A stretch of DNA of 55,039 nt from an uncultured Collinsella sp. (GCA_900549185.1 URNM01000001.1:1-55039), one strand, 5' to 3'; positions 28,765 through 41,097 are shown, counted from the first letter of the stretch. The notes: generated by a model from the sequence alone, not told the origin. Numbers and translations: made by a program.

Positions 28765-29595
28765 TTACTTCTTACGGCGACGAATGATGTGCTGGTTCGA
28801 GACCTTCTTCTTCTTGCGCGTACGAAGGCCCTTCGTCGGCTTACCCCAGGGGGTAACGGAGGGACGACCAGAGGTGTGGTTCTTGCCCTCGCCACCGCCG
28901 TGCGGGTGGTCGACAGGGTTCATGACGGTACCGCGGACGGTCGGGCGCACGTTCATGTGACGCTTACGGCCGGCCTTGCCGATGACGATGTTGGAGTGAT
29001 CGGCGTTTCCGACCTCACCGACGGTGGCGCGGCAGGTAACGAGGATGCGGCGCATCTCGGAGGAAGGCATACGGACGATAGCGTACTTGCCCTCCTTACC
29101 CATCAGCTGGCAGGAGTTACCGGCGGAACGGGCGATAGCAGCGCCCTTGCCCGGCTGGAACTCGACGGCGTGGATGAGCGTACCGACGGGGATGTCGGCG
29201 AGGGGCAGAGCGTTGCCCGGCTTGATGTCGGCGTCAGAACCGGACATGATGGTCTGACCGACCTCGAGGCCCTTGGGGGCCAGGATGTAGCGCTTCTCAC
29301 CGTCAGCGTAGTGCAGCAGAGCGATGCGAGCGGAACGGTTCGGATCGTACTCGATCGTGGCAACCTTGGCGGGCACGCCGTCCTTGTTGCGCTTGAAGTC
29401 GATCACGCGGTAACGACGCTTCACGCCGCCGCCCTGGTGGCGGGTGGTGATGCGGCCGTTGTTGTTACGACCGGCCTTCTTGGGCAGGGGCTCGAGAAGA
29501 GACTTCTCGGGCTTGGTGCAGGTGATCTCGGAGAAGTCGGAGATCGTCTGCCAACGCCTACCAGCGGAGGTCGGCTTAAGGTGCTTTACAGCCAT
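28765..29595 (-). CDS. rplB: 50S ribosomal protein L2
   Basis: [26 protein letters not shown]; start MAVKHLK. Confidence 0.98.
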   Translation of the reverse strand: MAVKHLKPTSAGRRWQTISDFSEITCTKPEKSLLEPLPKKAGRNNNGRITTRHQGGGVKRRYRVIDFKRNKDGVPAKVATIEYDPNRSARIALLHYADGEKRYILAPKGLEVGQTIMSGSDADIKPGNALPLADIPVGTLIHAVEFQPGKGAAIARSAGNSCQLMGKEGKYAIVRMPSSEMRRILVTCRATVGEVGNADHSNIVIGKAGRKRHMNVRPTVRGTVMNPVDHPHGGGEGKNHTSGRPSVTPWGKPTKGLRTRKKKKVSNQHIIRRRKK

Positions 29596-29774
29596 TACAA
29601 TCCCTTTCAATAGGAATCCGTTAGCCATCGCAGACAGGGATTCGAGGTTCTGCCTCGGGTGCGATGACACCGGACGTATACACGGTTCCGGGCGTGTCCA
29701 TTTTATACGCCCAAAACCTTGAGCTCCCGCCTCCCCTATTTGGGAGGCATGAGCTCACTCAACAGCAGCGAGTC

Positions 29775-30062
29775 TTAGGCCTGGTTGCCAAAGACCTCGA
29801 TGGTGTCGCCCTCGGCCAGCGTGACGATGGCCTTCTTCCAAGAACGGGTCTTGCCGGCGACATAGCGCACGCGCTTGGTCTTGGGCTTGACCGTCAGGGT
29901 GTTCACGCGAACGACCTTGACGCCGAAGATATCCTCGACAGCGTCCTTGATCTGATACTTGTTAGCATCCTTGGCGACCTCGAACGTGTACTTGTTCAGC
30001 TCCATGCCGGAGAAGGAACGCTCGGACACGATCGGACGGATGATGATCTCGTGGGCGGTCAT
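29775..30062 (-). CDS. rplW: 50S ribosomal protein L23
   Basis: PIVSER, KYTFEV, WKKAIVTL. Confidence 0.97.
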   Translation of the reverse strand: MTAHEIIIRPIVSERSFSGMELNKYTFEVAKDANKYQIKDAVEDIFGVKVVRVNTLTVKPKTKRVRYVAGKTRSWKKAIVTLAEGDTIEVFGNQA

Positions 30063-30689
30063 TTATGCAAGCACCTCCCCGAAGTGAGCGGCGATGTCGG
30101 CGGGCATCAGCACAGCGTTGTTGTTGACGAGATCGTAGGTGTTGGCCTCGTCGGCAGTGATGATGAACGTCTTGGGAATGTTGCGGAACGACAGGTAGGC
30201 GTTGATGTCCTCATCGCGAACGATGATGGTCAGACGCTTGCCCTCAAGGCCGAGAGCCTTGAGCATGGCGACGGCAGCCTTGGTGGAAGGCTTCTCGAAG
30301 CCGTAGTCGTCGACGAGCACGAGCTCGCCATCGGCCAGCTTGGCGGACAGCGCGGAGCGCATAGCCAGCTTGACCTCCTTGTTGTTCATACGCTTAGCGT
30401 AGGAACGGGGCTTGGGGGCGAAGACAACGCCACCGTGACGCCACTGGGCAGCACGGATGGAACCCTGACGGGCACGGCCGGTGCCCTTCTGACGCCAAGG
30501 CTTCTTGCCGCCACCGGAAACCTCAGAGCGACCCTTAGCAGACTGGGTGCCCTGACGCCAAGAGGCCATCTGGCACTTGACGATGTGGTGCATAACGTGG
30601 ATGTTCGGCTCGATGCCGTACACCTCAGCGGCGAGCTCGGCCTCGGCGACCTTCTTGCCCTCGCTGTTCTTTACTTCAAACTTTGCCAT
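30063..30689 (-). CDS. rplD: 50S ribosomal protein L4
   Basis: KPWRQKGTGRARQGS. Confidence 0.98.
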   Translation of the reverse strand: MAKFEVKNSEGKKVAEAELAAEVYGIEPNIHVMHHIVKCQMASWRQGTQSAKGRSEVSGGGKKPWRQKGTGRARQGSIRAAQWRHGGVVFAPKPRSYAKRMNNKEVKLAMRSALSAKLADGELVLVDDYGFEKPSTKAAVAMLKALGLEGKRLTIIVRDEDINAYLSFRNIPKTFIITADEANTYDLVNNNAVLMPADIAAHFGEVLA

Positions 30690-30735
30690 TTAAGTGTTCT
30701 CCTTGGTATGACGCTGGGCTAAATGGGCTGGGCCC

Positions 30736-31356
30736 TTAGGCCATACGGATGGCGACGAGACCATTCTTGGCACCCGGGACAGCGCCCTTGACCAAGATGA
30801 GGTTCTGCTCGGCATCGATGCGGACAACGGAAAGGTTCTTGACGGTAACGCGCTCGTTACCCATGTGACCGGCCATCTTGACGCCCTTGAGGACGCGCGC
30901 AGGATAGGCGCACTGACCGATAGAACCGGGGTGACGCTGGAAGTGAGAACCATGCGTCATAGGACCGCGGCGCTGACCCCAGCGCTTGATGCGACCCTGG
31001 AAGCCCTTACCCTTGGAGGTACCGATGACGTCGACCTTCTCGACATCAGCGAAATCAGCGACGGTGACGACCTCGCCGACCTTGTGCTCCTCGCCGTTCT
31101 CGACGCGGACCTCACGAAGGAAGCGGACAGGCTCGACGCCGGCCTTGGCGAAGTGACCAGCCATGGGCTTGTTCACGTTCTTGGCCTTGATGTCGCCGAA
31201 ACCGATCTGGACGGCGTCATAGCCGTCGGTTGCCTGAGTTTTAACCTGCGAGACAGCGCAGGGGCCAGCCTGGATGACCGTGACGGGAACGACGTTGTCG
31301 TCCTCGTCCCAAACCTGGGTCATGCCAATCTTGCGGCCGAGAATCATGCTGATCAA
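30736..31356 (-). CDS. rplC: 50S ribosomal protein L3
   Basis: [25 protein letters not shown] start. Confidence 0.97.
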   Translation of the reverse strand: MISMILGRKIGMTQVWDEDDNVVPVTVIQAGPCAVSQVKTQATDGYDAVQIGFGDIKAKNVNKPMAGHFAKAGVEPVRFLREVRVENGEEHKVGEVVTVADFADVEKVDVIGTSKGKGFQGRIKRWGQRRGPMTHGSHFQRHPGSIGQCAYPARVLKGVKMAGHMGNERVTVKNLSVVRIDAEQNLILVKGAVPGAKNGLVAIRMA

Positions 31357-31614
31357 GATATGATCCCAACTCTCGCGTGGTCTTGGGACAATGCGTACAC
31401 CACCGAGCGTACGCCCCTAGAGGACCACTACTTACACGACGTGCTCCCCAGCCTTGTATTTCGCCCGGACTACCTGACAACCCTATTAAGCAGGCATTTT
31501 GTCCAGCCAGAATACTCCCCTGGTTTCACACAGCTGTTTAGTATACACGGCTGCGGGCGTATCCATCGAGATTCATATTTCACTCACATTGTTTACGCAG
31601 GTAAAGTGCATGGA

Positions 31615-31769
31615 GTCTCCCGAGCTTGGCAGAGGGGCGGCGAAATATATTAAGTTTGCTGCTCTACAGTCCTGCGCAAGACGGAAAGCACATTAAGTGC
31701 TTTCCTTTGCGTGCGGAACTCGCGACAAACTTAATATATTTCGCCGCCCCTCTGCCAAGCTCGGGAGAC
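31615..31769. repeat. 155-bp palindromic element (44-bp perfect arms, inner hairpin around CACATTAAGTG)
   Basis: Arms at 31615-31658 and 31726-31769; core shared with 48886-49038. Confidence 0.9.
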
Positions 31770-31805
31770 GATACGTTGATGTCTGCTTAACTCTGCTCGC
31801 TCAGG

Positions 31806-32432
31806 CTAATGACTTTGTTGGGGGTCCACTATTTGCTGGAGGGTGAACTTGCATTGGGACGGTTCGCCTTCTGCTTGTGGCTTTGCCTCATCGAAATCGA
31901 AGATCATGATGGCGCAGTTGGGGAGTTTTGTTGGGAGCTCGAAGCCCTCTGGGGCTGCGGCCTTGATAAATTGGCGGCTGGCGCTGCCGTGGCTTACTGC
32001 TAGGAGGGTTTCGATGCCCTCGGCGCTCATGAGATTGGTGAGGGTGTCTACCATGCGCTCTTGCAGTGCCTGGCTTCCTTCTCCTCCGTAAGGGACCAAG
32101 TCCTCGCCGGGTTCCCAGACATCGGTGGGCAGAGCGTCGTGGGGGCCTTCTTCGAAGGTGCCGTAGCAGCGCTCGATAATGCCTTCGCAGGGCTCGACTG
32201 CTGCGTCCGGGCCAAGGAGTTCGGTTGCGACGAGCTGAGCCGTGTCCATGGCTCGGCCTAAGGGCGAAGAGACCACTTTGTCGGGGACAACGTCGTGGCC
32301 CTTGAGCCATGCGGCTGCCATCCCGGCTTGCTGACGGCCCAAATCGGTGAGCGGTGAATCACAGCGACCCTGGACGAGCTTTTTAACGTTGAATTCTGTC
32401 TGGCCGTGGCGGAGTAGATATAGACGCTTCAT
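31806..32432 (-). CDS. Histidine phosphatase (phosphoglycerate mutase) family protein
   Basis: LLRHGQT, SSPLGRAMDTA, AVSHG. Confidence 0.92.
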   Translation of the reverse strand: MKRLYLLRHGQTEFNVKKLVQGRCDSPLTDLGRQQAGMAAAWLKGHDVVPDKVVSSPLGRAMDTAQLVATELLGPDAAVEPCEGIIERCYGTFEEGPHDALPTDVWEPGEDLVPYGGEGSQALQERMVDTLTNLMSAEGIETLLAVSHGSASRQFIKAAAPEGFELPTKLPNCAIMIFDFDEAKPQAEGEPSQCKFTLQQIVDPQQSH

Positions 32433-32471
32433 ATTCTCCCCTTCTGTATAACTTGCTTTGCAGGCGCAACC

Positions 32472-33626
32472 CTACTCGTGGGTATGGCCTACGTAGTCTT
32501 CGTCGATCGTAATCTTGGCAATCGACTTGGGGTATTCCGATTCGACTCGTTGTGCCAGCGCGTGCTTTACGTCTTCGGCACTCATCTGCAGATCTGAGGG
32601 ACGCACGCAGTCAAAGATCACGTTGGTGTGCGTGGGGCCCGGCACGCAACGCAGATCATGAATCGAAAGGCGGCTATCGATCTCTTGGGCCATAGCGTTG
32701 ATGCGCAGGCGCATGCTCGCCACATTCGAATCGTCAGTCACGATGGGATCGTAATGGAGCGTGACGATCATGCCGTCCTCGTCCCTAAACGACTGCTCGA
32801 TGTTATCGAGCGTGTCGTGACTTTCCAGCGGGCTGGCCTCGGCCGCCATCTCGGCGTGCGCACTTGCAAACTTCCTGCCTGGGCCGTAGTCGTGAACCAT
32901 TAGGTCATGAACACCCAAAACGCCGGGGTAGCTCATGATCTTGTCTCGGATGTGCTTGACCAACTTGGGATCGGGTGCCTGACCCAAAAGCGGGCTCACC
33001 GTATCCTGGATGAGCTCAAAGCCGCTCCAGCCAATATAGGCACCAACGGCAAGGCCGACCCATGCGTCAAGATTGATGTGCGTCACCTGCGAAACAATTG
33101 CGCACGCCAGCACGGCGCCCGTGGCAAGAACATCGTTCTTGGAATCCTGGGCAGTCGCATGCAGTGTCTCGGACTCGATACGGTCGCCGAGCTTTTGGTT
33201 GAGCGCCGCCATCCACAGCTTAACAACCATCGAAAGCGCCAGGACTGCCACCAGGGCAAGCGAGAACTCGACAGGTTCGGGGTGGATGATGCGCTCAAAC
33301 GAGGACTTCACCAGTTCAAGGCCAATGAGAAGCACGAGCGCCGCCACGACAAGACCCGAGAGGTACTCGTAGCGACCATGGCCGTATGGATGCTCGGGGT
33401 CGGCGGGCTTGCTCGCCAGCTTAAAGCCCAGCACGCTCACGATATTCGAGCTGGCATCGGACAGGTTGTTCATGGCATCCGCCACAATCGAAACCGATCC
33501 CGAAACCACACCAATTGCGCCCTTCGCAGCACAAAGCGCAACATTGGCGAGAATACACACCACGCCCGTCAACGTGCCCACGCGCGCACGGTCGCCCTGC
33601 GCACGTTTAACAATCCACTCGACCAT
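32472..33626 (-). CDS. Cation diffusion facilitator (CDF) transporter
   Basis: ADAMNNLSD, PADPEHPYGHGRYEY, HDLMVHDYGPG. Confidence 0.92.
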   Translation of the reverse strand: MVEWIVKRAQGDRARVGTLTGVVCILANVALCAAKGAIGVVSGSVSIVADAMNNLSDASSNIVSVLGFKLASKPADPEHPYGHGRYEYLSGLVVAALVLLIGLELVKSSFERIIHPEPVEFSLALVAVLALSMVVKLWMAALNQKLGDRIESETLHATAQDSKNDVLATGAVLACAIVSQVTHINLDAWVGLAVGAYIGWSGFELIQDTVSPLLGQAPDPKLVKHIRDKIMSYPGVLGVHDLMVHDYGPGRKFASAHAEMAAEASPLESHDTLDNIEQSFRDEDGMIVTLHYDPIVTDDSNVASMRLRINAMAQEIDSRLSIHDLRCVPGPTHTNVIFDCVRPSDLQMSAEDVKHALAQRVESEYPKSIAKITIDEDYVGHTHE

Positions 33627-33776
33627 CTACATCCGCCCCCACGGTACTACCTATATATCTATTGCTCAAACGGATTGTAGTGTAGCCACTTTGTCTCCCA
33701 GATACAAAGAGGCCGCAGCCCGCACGGGCCACGGCCTTGGAGCATGACAAAAGAATCGTCCTTTTGTCGCACAGGT

Positions 33777-34991
33777 TTATGCGCTTACTTCAGCAGTGCT
33801 CGCCACTGTTTCGGGCGAATCGGCTCCGTCCTCCGTCGCCTGTTCCTTCGTCGGCACCACACCAAAGCAGTAGCTCAGCGCCGCAGACACCGCAAATGCC
33901 GTGCCGCCGGCAGCGCAGCACCACAGCAGGTTCGAGATGCCGCCCGTGGCAAAGCCAATGACCATGAGGACATTCGTCATGCCGATGGTATAGGCCGTAA
34001 CGTGGCCCACGGCCGCAACAAGGCCTCCGACGGCGCCGCCAATGGCCATGCACGTCAGGCACCTGCCATATTTAAAGCCGCAACCGTACAGCGCCGGCTC
34101 GCTTACGCCACCAAGCACACCCGAGATCGAATAGCCCAGCATGAGCGCCTTCTCGTCCTTATCCGCAACGCGGAGCGACGCGCCAAAGGGCATGCCCCAA
34201 ACGGCGAACGTCGCCATCGTCGCGGCGATCAGGATGCACGAATCCGTTCCCACACTCATGAACTGCGCGTAGGCAAGCGATAGGACAACGTTGCTGACGC
34301 CGGCGATCTTTAGGAACTCCCAGCCCGCGGCAAGCCCCATGAGCGTGAGCAGCGACACGATGCCACCGGAATTGCCAAGCATAAACATAAGCTGGCCCAA
34401 CAGCATGCCCAGATAGCTGCCCGCCGGCGCCGTAATACACAGCGAAACCGGAACCATGACAAGCATGGTCGCAAACGGAACGAACGAAAACGCCACGGCC
34501 TTAGGGATAACGCGCTGAAAGAAACACTCCACTCGCCATAGCACGGGCACCGAGATGAGAACCGGAATAACAGTCGTCGTGTAATCGTTGACCGGCGCGG
34601 GAAGCAGACCATACACGGAAGTCATCGATGCCCCCGTCGTCGATGCGGCATCGACGAGCTTAAGCAGATCGGGCGCAATCAATACGCCGCCCAGCATCAT
34701 GCCTAGCTGCTCCGAGCAACCGAGCTGGCGGGCGGCCGCCCAACCAAGATAAATGGGCAAAAAGTAGTAGCCGGCGTTATAGAGCCAACTGTAGAACAGG
34801 CGATAGATTTCGGAATCGGCAGACCACAGGCCCAGCATACCTTCGCCCATAATGACGGCGACGGTGCGGAACAACGCCGCGCAGACAATAAACGGCAGCG
34901 CCGACATCATGCTTTTGGACAGATAGTCCACCACGGCCATGGCGTTTGATGAAACCGTCGTTGTAAACGAGGTGTTAGAAACTTGTGACAC
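33777..34991 (-). CDS. PTS EIIC domain protein (sucrose/beta-glucoside type), no EIIB or EIIA
   Basis: YYFLPIYLG, YTTTVIP, GGVSEPALYG; probable GTG start at 34991 after GAAAGG (ORF open to 35036). Confidence 0.75.
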   Translation of the reverse strand: MSQVSNTSFTTTVSSNAMAVVDYLSKSMMSALPFIVCAALFRTVAVIMGEGMLGLWSADSEIYRLFYSWLYNAGYYFLPIYLGWAAARQLGCSEQLGMMLGGVLIAPDLLKLVDAASTTGASMTSVYGLLPAPVNDYTTTVIPVLISVPVLWRVECFFQRVIPKAVAFSFVPFATMLVMVPVSLCITAPAGSYLGMLLGQLMFMLGNSGGIVSLLTLMGLAAGWEFLKIAGVSNVVLSLAYAQFMSVGTDSCILIAATMATFAVWGMPFGASLRVADKDEKALMLGYSISGVLGGVSEPALYGCGFKYGRCLTCMAIGGAVGGLVAAVGHVTAYTIGMTNVLMVIGFATGGISNLLWCCAAGGTAFAVSAALSYCFGVVPTKEQATEDGADSPETVASTAEVSA

Positions 34992-35032
34992 AGGAACGCC
35001 TTTCCCAATGTGACATGCGAGCTTTCCCTTTG

Positions 35033-36743
35033 TCACATCGTGCGGTACTGACCGATTGCGCGGTACTTTTCGTAACGGAGGTTTGTGAGGATCGCGTCGT
35101 CGAGCCGCCCAAGTGTATCGAAGGCATCAAATGCCGAGGACATGACGGCACCGGCGATCTCCTCATGCGACAGGCCCCTATCGTCAACAATGCCGTCGAT
35201 GATGCCGAGCGCCAACAGGTCGGGAGCCGTGAGCTTAAGCGCCTCGGCGGCCTCATCCGCGCGCTCGGTATCCTTCCACAGGATCGACGCACAGGCCTCG
35301 GGGCTCACGACCGAATAGGCCGAGCTCGAGAGCATCAGGATGCGGTCGGCCACAGATAGCGCCAGCGCACCACCAGAGCCGCCCTCGCCTGTCACCACCG
35401 AGACAATCGGCGTCTTGAGGCCGCTCATCTCCATGAGATTCTGGGCAATCGCCTCGCCCTGGCCGCGTTCCTCGGCACCGATGCCGCAAAACGCGCCCGA
35501 AGTATCGACCAGGCACAGAACCGGTCGCCCAAACTTTTCGGCCTGGCGCATCAGGCGACGCGCTTTGCGGTAGCCCTCGGGATGCGCCATGCCAAAGTTG
35601 CGGCGCATACGCTCTTTGGTCGTGGTGCCGCGCTCGATGGCGATGACCGTTACGGGACGTCCGTCTTTCCAGCCAATGCCAGCCACCACGGCGGCGTCGT
35701 CGCCAAAGTAACGGTCGCCGTGCAGCTCCACAAATCCATCCAGGCCCAGCGAGATCATCTCACCCGCCGTGGCGCGGTCTGCCGAGCGGGTCTGCTTGAC
35801 GATCTCGAGCGCGGTTTTTGGTGCCGCCGAGCGCTTAAACAAGTGTCCCAGCTTTTTGCCGCGGCGACCCGTATGCACGATTTCATGCGGAGCCCCCAGG
35901 CCGGGCGCGTGCCCTTCGTGCAGTGCCAGCAGCTCGCCCACCGTGAGCGCAATCTCGCCACGCGGAACAACTGCATCGCAAAAGCCGTGCTCCAGCAAAA
36001 ACTCGGAGCGCTGGAATCCCTTGGGCAGGCGCTTGTGCATGTTCTGCTCGATCACGCGCGGGCCGGCAAATGCCGTCAGGGCATCGGGCTCGGCCAGGAT
36101 AATATCGCCCTCCATGGCAAAGCTCGCGGTTACACCTCCGGTCGTGGGATCGGTGAGCACCGTGATATACAGGCCGCCCGCCTCGCTATGGCGCCTAACC
36201 GCCGCAGAAATCTTGGCCATCTGCATAAGCGATGTCACGCCCTCTTGCATGCGCGCACCGCCCGAAACGGTAAAGCCGACAACTGGCAATCCAAGCTCGG
36301 TCGCTCGCTCAAATGTGCGACAGATCTTCTCGCCCACCACGGAACCCATCGAGCCCATCATAAAGTTGGCGTCCATAAAGAAGAGCGCCGTATCGCAACC
36401 GCAGATTATGCCTCTGCCGCACACAACGGCATCGCGCTCGCCCGAACGCTCGCTCACGCTCTTGAGCTTGTCGGCATAGCCGGGAAACAAGAGGAAATCC
36501 TCCGACGCCAGATTGGCATCCCATTCCTCAAACGTGCCCTCGTCGACCGTCATGCGCATACGGTCGCGCCCGCTCACGCGAAAGTGCTTGCCGCAACGAG
36601 GGCAGACCTCGAGGTTGTCGTGCAGGCGCGCCTCATCGATCACACGGCGGCACTCCGGGCACTTGATAAACACGTGGCGCGCGGGAAACTCGGCGCACGA
36701 CTCGGTCATCGGCCCCTCGAGGACGTTGACCGTCTTCGCTTTT

Positions 36744-36757
<14 letters not shown>
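35033..36757 (-). CDS. accDA: Fused acetyl-CoA carboxylase carboxyltransferase beta-alpha
   Basis: Zn finger CPEC...CPRC, MGSMG, SGGARMQEG, PTTGGV (AccD) followed by ELHGDR, PEGYRKA, GEGGSGGAL (AccA). Confidence 0.93.
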
Positions 36758-38087
<1,330 letters not shown>

Positions 38088-38097
38088 GAAGCCTTCC

Positions 38098-38520
38098 TTA
38101 ACTTTCGTGCATGAGTGCAAAAGACATGTCGGCGCGGCAACAGACCTCACCGTTGACGCTTGCAGTACCCGTCGCAAAGCGGAACGGCCCGCGCGCACGC
38201 GTGATGGAGCACACCAGATCAACCGTATCGCCCGGGCGCACCGGACGCTTAAAGCGCACCTTGTCCAGACTCGTGTAGAACGGCGTCGCGCCGCGCGCCT
38301 CCTCATCGCCCATCAGCAACACGCAGCAGTTTTGGGCGAGCATCTCGCACTGGATCACGCCGGGGACCACCGGGTTTCCCGGAAAATGCCCCTGCAAAAA
38401 GTATTCGTCGCCCGTAATCATGATCTTGCCGTGAGCCTCGTCGCCCACCAGCTCGGCTTCGTCGAGCAAAAGCATCGGCTCGCGATGCGGTAACAGCTTC
38501 TTGAGCTCTTCTTTGTTCAT
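38098..38520 (-). CDS. fabZ: 3-hydroxyacyl-ACP dehydratase
   Basis: LPHREPMLLLD, GHFPGNPVVPGV. Confidence 0.93.
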   Translation of the reverse strand: MNKEELKKLLPHREPMLLLDEAELVGDEAHGKIMITGDEYFLQGHFPGNPVVPGVIQCEMLAQNCCVLLMGDEEARGATPFYTSLDKVRFKRPVRPGDTVDLVCSITRARGPFRFATGTASVNGEVCCRADMSFALMHES

Positions 38521-38529
38521 GGATATCAC

Positions 38530-39003
38530 CTATCCGATCCTCATGAGGCAGCTGCCAAACTCCACGAGGTCGCCGTCGGCCACGCAGATCTCGAGCACCT
38601 CGCCATCCGCCTCTGCCGTCACCTCGTTGAGAACCTTCATGGCCTCGATGATGCAAAGGGCCTCGCCAGCCTTGACCTTGGAGCCCACGTGCACAAACGG
38701 TTCGTCGCCCGACGCCGGGGCAGCATAGAAAACGCCGACCATGGGAGCGGTCACCTCGGTGCCCTTGGGCTCCGGTGCGGCGGCAGGTGTCTGCGCGGCG
38801 GGCTCCGGTGCGGCAGGCGCGACAGTGGGAGCTGCAACTGGAGCGGCCATAGCGCTCGGCATGGGCATGGGCACGGCAACCGGCTGTGCGGCGCTCGCGC
38901 GCTCGAGTTCGACCGCGGTGCCATCGGGCTCCTCAACGCGCACGCGCGTGAGGCCGCGGTCCTCCATCACATCGGCTATCTCGGCAAGTCTTTTGGAATC
39001 CAT
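38530..39003 (-). CDS. accB: Biotin carboxyl carrier protein
   Basis: Pro/Ala-rich linker, APMVGVFY, IIEAMK. Confidence 0.93.
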   Translation of the reverse strand: MDSKRLAEIADVMEDRGLTRVRVEEPDGTAVELERASAAQPVAVPMPMPSAMAAPVAAPTVAPAAPEPAAQTPAAAPEPKGTEVTAPMVGVFYAAPASGDEPFVHVGSKVKAGEALCIIEAMKVLNEVTAEADGEVLEICVADGDLVEFGSCLMRIG

Positions 39004-39006
39004 GCT

Positions 39007-40257
39007 CTAGCTCCTCGTATATCTACGCAGCGCGATGGCGGCGTTGTGCCCGCCAAAGCCTAGGTTGGTCGAAAGCGCCCAGGTAAGGTCGGCGCGAACT
39101 GCGCGATTGGGCGTGTAGTCAAGATCGCAGGCGGGATCGGGCGTGCGGTAGTTAATGGTCGGCGGCACCACGCCCTGCTCGAGCGCCATGGCGCAGGCCA
39201 TGACCTCGATGGCGCCCGTGGCACCGATCATGTGGCCGGTCATCGACTTAGTCGACGAGACGTGCGCGGCGCGCGCCGCGTCCTCGCCGAGCGCACGCTT
39301 AATGCCCGCCGTCTCGGACGAATCGTTGAGCTTGGTCGATGTGCCGTGGGCATTGATGTAGAGACCCTCGGAAGGCTTGACGTCGCCCTCGGTCACCGCC
39401 AGCGATATCGCGCGGGCAATGCCGGCAGCCTCGGGATCAGGACTCGTGATGTGATAGGCATCATCGGTGTTGCCGTAGCCCACGACCTCGGCATAAATGT
39501 GCGCACCGCGCGCCTGCGCATGTTCCATGCTCTCGAGTACCAGCACGCAGGCGCCCTCGCCCATCACAAAGCCGTCGCGGTCTGCATCGAACGGACGGCA
39601 GGCCGTCGCGGGATCGGGATTGGTGGTCAATGCGCGGCAGGACGTAAAGCCCGCAACGGCATCGGGGATAATTGCGGCCTCGGCGCCGCCCGCGAGGATC
39701 GCGTCGGCATAGCCGTGCTTGATGGCGCGGAACGCCTCGCCCACCGCATGGGCCGAGGTTGCGCACGCGGTCACCACGGGCAGGGTCGGGCCCTTTGCCT
39801 TGTGGCGGATTGCGATATTGCCCGATGCCATGTTGGGGATCATCATCGCGATCATATAGGGCGATGCGCGGCGGGGCCCACGTTCGGCAATCGTATGGAC
39901 GTTGTCGACGAGCGTCGTCATGCCGCCCACGCCCGAGCCCACGTAGACGCCCAGGCGCTCGCGATCGATGGCGCCTTCGACATCAAAGCCCGCATCGTGC
40001 ATGGCTTCGTCCGAAGCCGCCATCGCAAACTGAACGCAGGGGTCGAGATGCTTGGCGTCACGCTTGCCAAAGTATTCGTTGCCGTCAAAGCCCTTGACCT
40101 CGGCTGCCACCTTGACGGCAAACGCATCGGTATCGAAGTGCGTGATCGGGCCGATGCCGCACGTGCCGGCGCACATAGCCGCCCAGGTGGCAAGCGCAGT
40201 GTTGCCGAGCGGCGACACGGCACCGATACCGGTGATTGCAACTCTCTGTTCCATCAT
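39007..40257 (-). CDS. fabF: Beta-ketoacyl-ACP synthase II
   Basis: TACAT, INAHGTST, KSMTGH, GFGGHN. Confidence 0.95.
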   Translation of the reverse strand: MMEQRVAITGIGAVSPLGNTALATWAAMCAGTCGIGPITHFDTDAFAVKVAAEVKGFDGNEYFGKRDAKHLDPCVQFAMAASDEAMHDAGFDVEGAIDRERLGVYVGSGVGGMTTLVDNVHTIAERGPRRASPYMIAMMIPNMASGNIAIRHKAKGPTLPVVTACATSAHAVGEAFRAIKHGYADAILAGGAEAAIIPDAVAGFTSCRALTTNPDPATACRPFDADRDGFVMGEGACVLVLESMEHAQARGAHIYAEVVGYGNTDDAYHITSPDPEAAGIARAISLAVTEGDVKPSEGLYINAHGTSTKLNDSSETAGIKRALGEDAARAAHVSSTKSMTGHMIGATGAIEVMACAMALEQGVVPPTINYRTPDPACDLDYTPNRAVRADLTWALSTNLGFGGHNAAIALRRYTRS

Positions 40258-40293
40258 GGTCTCCTCATCCAAACCGTTCTTCGGCCCTGGTTT

Positions 40294-41067
40294 CTACATC
40301 GCCATTCCGCCGTCGACGCGTACGACCTCGCCCGTAATGTAGGCAGCCGCATCGCTCGCCAAAAAGCGCACCACGCCGGCCACTTCCTCGGGGCGCGCCA
40401 TGCGCTTTAGGGGAATCTGCTCCTCGGTTGCCGTGCGAACCTTCTCCGAGAGCTTTGCCGTCATATCCGTCTCGACAAACCCGGGTGCGACCGCGTTCAC
40501 TCGTACGCCGCGGGGCGCAAGCTCGCGCGCTACCGCCTTGGTCAGGCCGATGACGCCCGCCTTGGAGGCAGCGTAGTTGGCCTGCCCGGCATTGCCCATC
40601 AGGCCCACGACCGAGCTCATGTTGACGACGCAGCCGCCGCGCTGGCGCATAAAGGTCTTGGTGAGAGCGCGCGTCGTGTTAAACGTTCCCTTGAGATTGA
40701 CATCGAGCACGCGGTCGAAGGCATCGTCACCCATACGCATGAGCAGGCCGTCGCGCGTGATGCCGGCGTTGTTGACGAGCGCCCAAATGGAGCCAAAGTC
40801 GTTGAGGACCGCTTCCACGCACGCATTGACGGCAGCGGGGTCTGCCACGTCGCATTGATATGCGCGCGCCGTGGCGCCAGCCGCCTCGCAGGCTCCGCAT
40901 GTCTCGCGCGCGGCATCGACGCTACCGGCATAGACGACGGCAATATCAAAGCCGTCCTCCGCCAAGCCAACCGCACAAGCGCGGCCGATTCCCCGTGAGC
41001 CGCCCGTGACCAGTGCCACACGGCGTGAGTCGTTGCGCTCGAGCGCGCCGTTGTTCAAGTTGCCCAT
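40294..41067 (-). CDS. fabG: 3-oxoacyl-ACP reductase
   Basis: TGGSRGIG, NNAGITRD, YAASKAG. Confidence 0.95.
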   Translation of the reverse strand: MGNLNNGALERNDSRRVALVTGGSRGIGRACAVGLAEDGFDIAVVYAGSVDAARETCGACEAAGATARAYQCDVADPAAVNACVEAVLNDFGSIWALVNNAGITRDGLLMRMGDDAFDRVLDVNLKGTFNTTRALTKTFMRQRGGCVVNMSSVVGLMGNAGQANYAASKAGVIGLTKAVARELAPRGVRVNAVAPGFVETDMTAKLSEKVRTATEEQIPLKRMARPEEVAGVVRFLASDAAAYITGEVVRVDGGMAM

Positions 41068-41097
41068 GTCATTCCTTTCGGGTTACAGCCCTGTGGG

